This document shows, in pieces, positions 1 to 7,600 of a DNA stretch of 10,190 nucleotides. The translations under genes were made by a program, and so were the position numbers. The number at the start of each line of letters is the position of its first letter. Within the stretch, counting starts at the first letter, position 1. The notes beneath the pieces are model-generated. The model was not told the origin of the DNA, searched no databases, and saw only the letters and a program-made list of their open reading frames with translations. This DNA comes from Paraphysomonas bandaiensis (lineage: Eukaryota; Protista; Chrysophyceae), in NCBI GenBank assembly GCA_965644295.1, contig CBFFRP010000472.1:1-10190 (forward strand), written 5' to 3'.

Positions 1-49
1 AACAATCTTGCAGCAACATACCACCAGCACGTCCTTAAGCTCAGAGTGT

Positions 50-193
50 ATGTCTAAGGCGAAGAGATCCAAGAAAAGACGTGGTAAAGCCTCTCTACGA
101 CGGTATGAGGAGTCTCGGAGAAAAGCTATCCGAGAATATGCTGCAGAGCGCCGTGCACATGATATTGCAGCACGTGTCCTCAAGGTGTCTTAG
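50..193 (+). CDS. Short basic (Lys/Arg-rich) ORF, possibly the 3' end of a longer ORF entering the window
   Basis: Frame is open from position 2; first ATG at 50; MSKAKRSKKRRGKASLRR resembles an NLS or nucleic-acid-binding segment. No recognisable domain. Confidence 0.25.
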   Translation: MSKAKRSKKRRGKASLRRYEESRRKAIREYAAERRAHDIAARVLKVS

Positions 194-248
194 ACAAGTC
201 TGGTAAGCTCTGCAAAGTAGTTCCTTATCTCTACAGTTCTTCCGCAGA

Positions 249-524
249 ATGTGCATCCGAGGTTTGTTCCACCGTATTGGACTTCTACCTCCAGACTCTG
301 CTCGCAATTTGCTTCATGCCCCACCTAATCATGGCCGGTACGTAAACACTCTGTATGATGCTGACCTCGCTGCCAGTATGGATTACAACTGTGAGTTTTG
401 CGTTGATGAGTCTGGGTTGGATGTGGTCTGGGTGAAGACTCTGAGACCTATATCCGAAGGTGAGGAGCTGATTGCTGACTATGGTGAGAGGTATCACCGC
501 AAGAGTAAGCTACGCCTTAAGTGA
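249..524 (+). CDS. SET-domain-like protein (C-terminal half of a lysine methyltransferase fold)
   Basis: GRYVN...NCEF...VWVKTLRPISEGEELIADYGERY matches the SET signature (RxxNH...N...A.RxIxxGEELxxxY). The His of NH is replaced by Thr. No N-terminal GxG motif is present in frame (stop at 204-206). Confidence 0.7.
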   Translation: MCIRGLFHRIGLLPPDSARNLLHAPPNHGRYVNTLYDADLAASMDYNCEFCVDESGLDVVWVKTLRPISEGEELIADYGERYHRKSKLRLK

Positions 525-669
525 CTAGTCATTTCTCCTTTTGTGGTAACTAATAATTGTTGTTATCTCTGAGTGTTTTCTTGGTAGTCAGTCTATCTAG
601 TGTCTTGTAGCCCCTTAGGAGAACACTATAGCCACGTAAGTAGGGCACGCGAGATGCCACGTGGTCACA

Positions 670-1061
670 TCATAGTTATCATATGTCGTTTTTAAATTAT
701 TTGTAAAGGCCACTGTTTGTTCACTTGAATCTGGAAATATTATTTTTGATACTTCAACACTTCCTGAAATTGATGTGTTTGTTCCATCATATGAAATATT
801 AGTTGTCTTTGTTTTACTATTTTCAATATCTGTTTTTAAAGCATCTGTCATTGCTGTTGTTTGTATTGAATTGTCATTGAATAATACTTGTCCATCTCCA
901 TATAAATTCAATGATGGCAAAACTAGAGTTCCACTCATTACATCTCCACTCTTTTGAATATATCCTGTTAAGTCAACGTCAACAATGCTGTCTTTTATAT
1001 ATGTGTAATTTGAAGGGTTGAATACTCCGTTTGATGGTTTCGGCTTTGGGTAAATACTCAT
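670..1061 (-). pseudogene. Viral fibre/tail-fibre-like structural protein, C-terminally truncated by insertion (ORF reads on to a stop at 615 inside the insert)
   Basis: N-terminal IYPKP...VFNPSNY; tail-fibre-type motif YIQKSGDVMSGTL; two copies of an FxDxSxQTxAxTxxLKT repeat 48 aa apart (aa 59-77 and 107-125). The last 17 aa derive from the left insert. Confidence 0.65.
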
Positions 1062-1133
1062 GGTTATATATATTTATACTATATAATTATTTAATGTGAA
1101 AATTACAAATTATTTTATAACATCAATATATAT
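1062..1133. promoter_or_regulatory. Bidirectional AT-rich promoter region between divergent structural genes
   Basis: 72-bp, extremely AT-rich spacer between divergent ATGs (1061 minus, 1134 plus), with TATATA runs just before both starts. Confidence 0.5.
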
Positions 1134-1931
1134 ATGTCACTAAGTTCTATTATTAATATTGCTAATCACATTAACAAATATAATGTCGTTCAAGGTAATA
1201 CAAATATACAATACCAAACAAATGTCACTTTTCCAACGTCTTTTGCAGGTCTTCCAACTGCTTTTAATGGTCAAGATGTTTTTGATACTCATATAACTAA
1301 GTCTTATTCTGGTGGAAGTGGTTCAACTGCTTATGCCAATGGAAATTATAACTTAATTTGTTCTTCATATGGTAGATACAGAACAGCCGACCCTTTAAAT
1401 TCATGTAACTTATTATTTGATGATAGTGATGATACATTCTGGGGTAATAACAGATATAACAGCGGACCAAATGGTATTGATAATTACAGAGATGGCGTTT
1501 TTCATGCTATGCCTTCTGGTGAAGCTTATGATGATACAACAGGTAATTACATTGGTAGCAATGGAACAGATTATTATTTTTCAACTACATATGATACATC
1601 TCAATCAATAGATGGTGAATGGGTTCAAGTTCAATTGCCTTATAAAATTCGTTTAACATCTATATCAACTCAAGAAAGAAGCACACCACAAGAGAGAACA
1701 ATGAAAGCATGCTATATATTAGGTTCTGATGATGGCACAACTTGGAATTATATTGATGATGTAGCATTTCCAGGAACACAAGATTCAACTTTGTTCACTG
1801 AAGCAGTTACAACAACTAAAAGATATTCAATTATAAGAATTGTTATTGCCTCAGCAGGTTATATTATGTTTAACACTATCAATTTTAGATTGACAGGTGA
1901 TACATGGAGTTTAGATTCAACAACTGAATAA
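1134..1931 (+). CDS. Discoidin / F5-8 type C (galactose-binding-like) domain protein, probable virion attachment protein
   Basis: Motifs LFDDSDDTFW, GEWVQVQLPYKIRLTSI, ILGSDDGTTWNYI and RYSIIRIVI follow the F5/8-C pattern in the right order; intact 265-aa ORF rich in Asn/Thr/Ser/Gly. Confidence 0.85.
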   Translation: MSLSSIINIANHINKYNVVQGNTNIQYQTNVTFPTSFAGLPTAFNGQDVFDTHITKSYSGGSGSTAYANGNYNLICSSYGRYRTADPLNSCNLLFDDSDDTFWGNNRYNSGPNGIDNYRDGVFHAMPSGEAYDDTTGNYIGSNGTDYYFSTTYDTSQSIDGEWVQVQLPYKIRLTSISTQERSTPQERTMKACYILGSDDGTTWNYIDDVAFPGTQDSTLFTEAVTTTKRYSIIRIVIASAGYIMFNTINFRLTGDTWSLDSTTE

Positions 1932-2130
1932 GTTCAAGCATTTCTTTATCATACTTTAAAGAAAGGAGCCGATTTTTTAAAACTATTTTGTTTATTGTTT
2001 GTTGCGTGTGTGTATTCAACTATTTATTAACCTTCATCTGCTTTTTCTTTTTGACATCTTTCATGGCCTTTTTAAAATTATCTCTTTAAACCATTTTGCT
2101 TTTTAATAATTTTTTAATTGGTAATAACGT

Positions 2131-2323
2131 AAAAATTATTTTGATAAATTATTTTGAATAGAATAAATTATTTTGAAAAAATATTTTGAATAGAATAAAT
2201 TATTTTGAAAAAATATTTTGAATAGAATAAATTATTTTGAAAAAATATTTTGAAAAAATATTTTGAAAAGAATAAAATATTTTGAATAGAATAAATTATT
2301 TTGAAAAATTATTTTGAATAGAA
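2131..2323. repeat. AT-rich tandem array, 12 copies of core AAAWTATTTTGA in 13- and 19-bp units
   Basis: Read directly: units ATAGAATAAATTATTTTGA (19 bp) and AAAAATATTTTGA (13 bp) alternate three times (32-bp period), then become irregular. Confidence 0.95.
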
Positions 2324-2356
2324 ACTGGCATTATGGCACTGGCTTCACTGTTACAA

Positions 2357-2389
2357 CACCACCACCATCATCATCACCACCATCATCAT
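2357..2389 (+). repeat. (CAC/CAT)11 trinucleotide microsatellite
   Basis: CAC CAC CAC CAT CAT CAT CAC CAC CAT CAT CAT, directly abutting the hairpin. Confidence 0.9.
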
Positions 2390-2451
2390 ATATTGATATA
2401 CGGGGACTCTGTGACACTTTAGTGTCACATAGTTCCCCGTATATCAATATA
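2389..2451. repeat. 63-bp near-perfect inverted repeat (30-bp arms, 2-nt centre)
   Basis: TATATTGATATACGGGGACTCTGTGACACT-TT-AGTGTCACATAGTTCCCCGTATATCAATATA; one mismatch (2409/2430) and one bulged T (2433). Confidence 0.95.
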
Positions 2452-2712
2452 GACCCCTTCCATCAATTTATAGGCGATAGCACTTACTGAAAATTGGTGG
2501 GAGCACATGCCGAAAGAAGGGTGGTTCAGTCAAAGGTTTTGGCAAGTGTCAACAACTGCAAAGCGTTTTTCGAAGTTGATTTCTAAGGTCCCTCACTTGT
2601 GAAATTAACCGACATTGAATAATCCGTGGGTGTGAATCCGCGTGACGTACGAGTGTCACAGAATCCCCTACCATAATTTGTGTGGGTGACACAGAATCCC
2701 AAGATCACAATT

Positions 2713-3592
2713 TACCCGGAAAATAAATTCGTTTAATTTCCTCGGATTATTTTCTTAACTATAATAAAAACAAAAGATGGAAAATTTCATTGTGTACAAA
2801 ATTACCGGAAAGCATACAAATAAAACATATTATGGAAAAACAATGCTACCTGTAGAAGAACGCCTTTCCCTTCATCTATCATCTTATAGACACCACAAAG
2901 AGACATATTGTTCATCTCCCTATCTCCCAGTTTTTGATATAATTCGAGAAAATAATAATAGCGATATTAAAATTACAACATTAACACCTGGTCCAACTAA
3001 TTATTTCAATGCAACAGCAATCGAGAAACACTATATTGAACAAGATAAAAACTGTTGTAATAAAAATGGATCAGATTATACCGTGGAGGAATATCTGATT
3101 GAATATTCAGAAAAACACAGTGAAATTAATAAATGAAACGTGAGAAATATACCCGGAAAATAAATTCAGATTATTTTTTCTTAACTATAATAAAAACAAA
3201 ATATGAACAATTTCATTGTGTACAAAATTACCGGAAAGCATACAAATAAAACATATTATGGAAAAACATCGCTACCTGTAAAAAAGCGTCTTTCCCTTCA
3301 TCTATCAGCATATAGATTTTACAAAGAGTCATATGGTTTATCTTCTTATTTCTCAGTTTTTGATATATTTCGAGAAAGCAATGATCTTAAAAGCGATATT
3401 GAAATTACAATATTAACACCTGGTTTAAGTAATTACAATGCAGCAGCAATCGAGGATCACTATATTCAGCGAGATAAAAACTGTTGTAATAAAAATAGAT
3501 CAGGTTTTACCACGAGCAACATGAAGGAATATCAAAAAGATTATTGGGAAAAACATAAAAATAAAATTAATAAAATGAGACGTGAGAAATAT
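2713..3592 (+). repeat. Tandem duplication (~437-bp unit) covering upstream region plus GIY-YIG gene
   Basis: Both units begin TACCCGGAAAATAAATTC (2713, 3150), share TTAACTATAATAAAAACAAAA before the ATG and end CGTGAGAAATA. Confidence 0.9.
2777..3136 (+). CDS. GIY-YIG endonuclease, copy 1 (C-terminally shortened)
   Basis: IVYKIT...TYYGKT, with conserved Arg (EERL), His, Glu (AIEKHYI) and Asn (CCNK) in GIY-YIG order. Confidence 0.85.
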   Translation: MENFIVYKITGKHTNKTYYGKTMLPVEERLSLHLSSYRHHKETYCSSPYLPVFDIIRENNNSDIKITTLTPGPTNYFNATAIEKHYIEQDKNCCNKNGSDYTVEEYLIEYSEKHSEINK

Positions 3593-3622
3593 GCTCAAAA
3601 TAAAAAATTTTGTGTACATTAA
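3203..3622 (+). CDS. GIY-YIG endonuclease, copy 2, with basic C-terminal tail
   Basis: IVYKIT...TYYGKT, KKRL, AIEDHYI, CCNK, followed by a helical basic tail KEYQKDYWEKHKNKINKMRREKY. Confidence 0.88.
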   Translation: MNNFIVYKITGKHTNKTYYGKTSLPVKKRLSLHLSAYRFYKESYGLSSYFSVFDIFRESNDLKSDIEITILTPGLSNYNAAAIEDHYIQRDKNCCNKNRSGFTTSNMKEYQKDYWEKHKNKINKMRREKYAQNKKFCVH

Positions 3623-3626
3623 AAAC

Positions 3627-3902
3627 ATGGAAAATAAAAAACGCGGACGTCCCATAAAATATAACTCCGAAGAAGAGCGAAAGCAAGCAAAGCGGATACA
3701 AGATCAACTTTCATATAAACGAAGAAAATCACAACAGAATGAAATTTTAGAAATATTATCTAATGATGGATCATCATCATCGATTTATGAACCCTCGGAA
3801 ACTGAAACACCAGTGTACACAAATACAGAAATCCGTCAAGAAGAGATAAAAATTGAAATTTACTCGGATAATTTTAATTTGTGTTTGAATATAAAGAAAT
3901 AA
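3627..3902 (+). CDS. Small putative DNA-binding protein (AT-hook-like KRGRP plus charged helix)
   Basis: ATG at 3627, 4 nt after the GIY-YIG stop, is preferred to 3582; MENKKRGRPIKYNSEEERKQAKRIQ. Confidence 0.65.
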   Translation: MENKKRGRPIKYNSEEERKQAKRIQDQLSYKRRKSQQNEILEILSNDGSSSSIYEPSETETPVYTNTEIRQEEIKIEIYSDNFNLCLNIKK

Positions 3903-3926
3903 ATATTAGGTATATTAAAAAGAAAA

Positions 3927-4235
3927 ATGTCTGAATCCTCCATCAACACCAACAACCTAACAACTCTCCCACAAACTGAGGAAGAATGGCGTAGAGCGAT
4001 GACTGAATATGAACAAGCCAACGATTTGTTACCCCTCCCACGAACTCTTGAAGAAGCGTATATGCTACACGAAGCCTCTGAAAATGATTACAGTAATCTT
4101 ATTGATGATTATGAAGATTACTTGAATGGATATGATGATGACTTCGATGAATCTGAGGTATCCGACGATGAAGAATTCCCACCTCGTGAAAATTCCCCGG
4201 TGTCAATTATAGATCATCCAAATCTTTTAGATTAA
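3927..4235 (+). CDS. Small highly acidic hypothetical protein
   Basis: 102-aa Asp/Glu-rich ORF with no lysine despite AT-rich DNA; preceded by the shared upstream motif. Confidence 0.7.
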   Translation: MSESSINTNNLTTLPQTEEEWRRAMTEYEQANDLLPLPRTLEEAYMLHEASENDYSNLIDDYEDYLNGYDDDFDESEVSDDEEFPPRENSPVSIIDHPNLLD

Positions 4236-4281
4236 TAAAAGAGTATAAAGAAAATAAAATATTAGTTATATTAAATAAAAA

Positions 4282-4479
4282 ATGTCTTATTTTTATGAAG
4301 ATGAGTGGAACACATCCTCCGATGATGAATGGAATAATTATGAAGATTACATTGGGTTTAGAATAACTGATTCACCACCACCACCACCACAAAAACGTAA
4401 ACGAGCAACTAAAAACACTCGGAAGAATAAACAACATCAAACAAACAAAGATCAAAAACACCCAGATGATCAAAGTTAA
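4282..4479 (+). CDS. Small hypothetical protein (acidic N-terminus, poly-Pro, basic NLS-like C-terminus)
   Basis: 65 aa; PPPPPQKRKR; upstream motif closely matches that of ORF 3927. Confidence 0.55.
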   Translation: MSYFYEDEWNTSSDDEWNNYEDYIGFRITDSPPPPPQKRKRATKNTRKNKQHQTNKDQKHPDDQS

Positions 4480-4494
4480 AAAATAATTTATAAT

Positions 4495-4568
4495 ATAAAA
4501 AGAGTATAAAGAAATAAATCTTGTATAGAATAAAAAGAGTATAAAGAAATAAATCTTGTATAAAATAA
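4495..4568 (+). promoter_or_regulatory. 35-bp tandem direct repeat (x2) upstream of polB containing the shared TATAAAGAAATAAA motif
   Basis: ATAAAAAGAGTATAAAGAAATAAATCTTGTATA at 4495 and 4530; related copies at ~4235-4260 and ~3887-3903. The repeat is certain; the promoter role is inferred. Confidence 0.65.
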
Positions 4569-4606
4569 GAACAAGTTAATAAAATCATTTGTAATAATAA
4601 GATCAT

Positions 4607-7600
4607 ATGTCAAGACCTTTGAAATACAAAAACAAGAAAGAGAAAAAAGATGCTCGCAGAAGACAAACACGAGCAGAGAACGGGAAAGCAACTCTTTCAA
4701 CTATGTTACTAGATATTATTTATTCTAAGAAGGATAAAAGTAAACTCCCTTTATCAGAGGTGAACGCACGCAAGTTATTACTTCGAATAGATTATATGAG
4801 AAAAGATGAGGTTGGTCTTATTGCTGATATTATTGATCAAGGAGTAAGATTTAACCTTAAAGGATTGAGAGAAAAATTAAAAACTATTCGTAAAAAAGAA
4901 AGACGCATGAAAAAGCTAAATGAGAATGAGGTGGTTGAAACCACCGCACTCACCAAATCAATGATACGTTACATAATAAGTTTAGGTTTAGCGATTGAGT
5001 TTCCGGGAGACGTTGTTCACGAGCACTTGAAGGAAGTATTCAACGAATTACGCGAAGAACATAAAAACAATAATCTTCTATTTCGAGTATCTACTACTAT
5101 AGTGATGCATTATAGTTATCCTTCAGATGATGGTGAACTTATATATACGGAAGGATACCACTCTACACCCGGTAAAAATATAACCGATGGTAATCTCACC
5201 GAGTTTATTACATATTTATCAGATGAAGCTAAAAGAGCGTCAGAGGAGTGGGAGAAGAGTAGTTATACGTTTCTAGGATTTGGTGACTTTACTACCCGCA
5301 TTTCCCCACTTCGTCCTATTTACGCAGGTGGTGTTGCACCCTCAACTAAACTTCCCTGTTTACCCACACCCAAATTTATTGCTTCAAAAAAGTGTGCGGT
5401 GAACGTAGAATGCACAGACGGTCGTTGTATTGAATATTGCTTGTTATTAGAAGATCATTTTGAGGAGATAACTAAAGCTGGGAAGAGAGCTAGTCGTCCA
5501 TCCTCATTTAAAAAGGAGTGGTTTGATGAGATTAGAAGACCCAAAGGAATTATCTACCCGATTCAATTATACAAACACGTTCCTGAATATGAAAGATTAA
5601 ATAACATAAAAATTAATGTATTAGGATATAATGAGAAAGATGGAATACATACAATGTACTCATCAATGGTGAAGTCTAAGAAGACAATTACTTTGATATA
5701 TATTTCAGATGAAAGTTCGCAGAATGAACACTTTCTATGGGTGCACAATACATCACGTCTTTTTAGAACAAACGCACAGAAAAACGCGCTTCACTATTGT
5801 ATGAATTGTTTGAATGCACGATATCCTACACGTGAGAAGCTTGAAGAACATGAAGAGGTATGCTTGAAAAACCAAGCCACTAAAGTTATTCTTCCTAAAG
5901 AAAACTCTGATGGAACAAAACCAATTCACAAGTTTGAAAATCATTTTAAGATAATACGACATCCATTTGCTCTTTTTACAGATTTTGAATCTACTCTTAA
6001 GAAATATAAGGATGTGAAGAAAAACCCAAAATGCAACACAGATAAATTCCAACACCATCAGCCAAATTCATATGGGTTAAAATTCAATTGTATTCACGAG
6101 CAACATAGCAAACCTATTTCCACATTCTCTCACCACGACGAGGAGGAGCTTATTCGTAATTTTGTAGAAGACGTTGAAAGTTATGCTCAACACGCATATG
6201 ACATCAGTCGATCGAGATATACCTGCTCAGAGAAAAGAGATAAACCAGAGGATGGAAAATGTGAGTTATGTTCATGCGATACAGAGGCTAAAGATTTACG
6301 GGGTTTATTTGACACCATAACGGGTGAGTTTAAAAATTGGGTTTGTCAGAAATGTATGAAGTCACATTGGAAAAACAAAAATTTTCTTCCTGTGTATGCA
6401 CACAACTTAAAAGGGTATGACAGTCACTTGTTTATTCGCGGGTTAGCTCAATATGGATACAAAGAGGAAACAGGAAGTACTATTTCTTGTATCCCAAATA
6501 ACGAACAGAAGTATATTACATTTAGCAAGAAAATTAAGGTGGATGAAAATCGAATAATCGAAATGGATAAAGACGGGAATCGAAACGAGGTGATAAAACC
6601 GGTATACTTTGAAATAAGGTTTCTTGATAGCAACGCATTTTTCACTTCAAGCTTAGATAAAGTGGTTTCCAATTTAACTGCGGGGTGTAATGGTGATATT
6701 TCAAAACTCCGAAAGGTTTTGAAAAGCACATCGGATTCATTCCCCGATGATGATCAATTCCAGTTGATGATTAGAAAAGGAGTATACCCATATGAATGGA
6801 TGGATAACTATTATAAATTATTCGCAACAGCTCTCCCTAAGAGAAGAGAATTTTTCTCTACATTAGTTAGTGAAGGAATTTCGAATAGCGAGTATACCCA
6901 CGCTCAAAAGGTATGGGATGCATTTAAATGTAAAACCTTTAAGGACTATCATAATCTTTATTTAAAAGCAGATGTTTTACTCTTAGCAGATGCATGGGAA
7001 AACTTCCGTGAATCTATTTATGAAATGTTTGGGATAGATTGTGTGTATTCTTATACTACACCTGGGTTAGGATGGGAAGCATACCTTAAAAAATCAGGAG
7101 TGGAACTTGAACTTCTTACCGATGTTGATAAAGTTATGTTTTATGAAAAAAGCATTCGAGGAGGTGTTTCACTTATTACAAAACGATTTGCAGGAATATC
7201 ACTAGAAGAGTTAAAAAAACCTCCTTTAGAACGTAATGAGGCGTTGTTATATTTAGACGCAACCAACTTATATGGATGGGCAATGATTCAACATTTACCT
7301 TATGGAGGATTTGAATGGGATGATGATTTAAGCAAGTACACAGAGGAATATATTAGAAGTTTAAAAGATGATGGGGATGAAGGATACACTCTTGAAGTTG
7401 ATTTAGATTACCCCAAAGAGCTTCACGATCTTCATAACGATTACCCCCTATGTCCGGAAAAGGTTATTCCTAAGAACAGCATGCTTAATAATTGGCAAAT
7501 ACGATATGATGCAAACGGAAATGAAATTCACGAGAAAACACCAAAATTGTGTCCTAATTTACAGAAAAAGGAGAAATATGTGATTCATTATCGTGCTCTT

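Larger units (their letters stand above)
1..669. mobile_element. End of an inserted element (probable retroelement/transposon) terminating in ...GTGGTCACA; truncates the viral fibre-like gene
   Basis: Abrupt change by eye from balanced composition (1-669) to strongly AT-rich sequence (670 onward). The boundary coincides with ...GTCACA (TGTGAC on the minus strand), typical of integrase-processed TG...CA termini. The minus-strand ORF 615..1061 loses its Asn/Thr/Asp-rich character here (TTYDNYD|VTTWHLACP...). The other end is outside the window. Confidence 0.6.

Noticed and set aside
203-236. 34-nt intron (GTAAGC...CTACAG) joining the basic ORF to the SET ORF
   Set aside because: Splicing would join the frames, but a TAG at 191-193 lies upstream in that frame; unsupported without RNA data.
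542-669. 128-bp short LTR bounded by TGTG...CACA
   Set aside because: No polypurine tract before 542 on the plus strand and no TGG PBS after it on the minus strand; a 4-bp match is expected by chance.
1-669. Left and right inserts being two ends of the same element family
   Set aside because: No similarity seen between 1-669 and 8089-8530 in either orientation beyond the generic TGTnAC terminus.
95-1611. Short alternative ORFs 95..307, 285..497, 775..957 and 1417..1611
   Set aside because: They overlap better-supported ORFs and show no domain signal.
1885-2064. Minus-strand Lys-rich pseudo-ORF (MKDVKKKKQMKVNK*LNTH...)
   Set aside because: In-frame TAG after 14 codons, no recognisable motif, and it overlaps the discoidin gene.
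2131-2323. CRISPR array
   Set aside because: No unique spacers, units are contiguous low-complexity repeats, and no cas genes are present.
2410-2429. Hairpin core TGTGACAC...GTGTCACA as a retrotransposon end or footprint
   Set aside because: It resembles the insert termini over only about 6 bp, and the flanks are inverted rather than a direct TSD.
4409-4700. Minus-strand hydrophobic ORFs 4409..4606 and 4488..4700
   Set aside because: Products of the A-rich 35-bp repeat read antisense; they overlap better-supported plus-strand genes.
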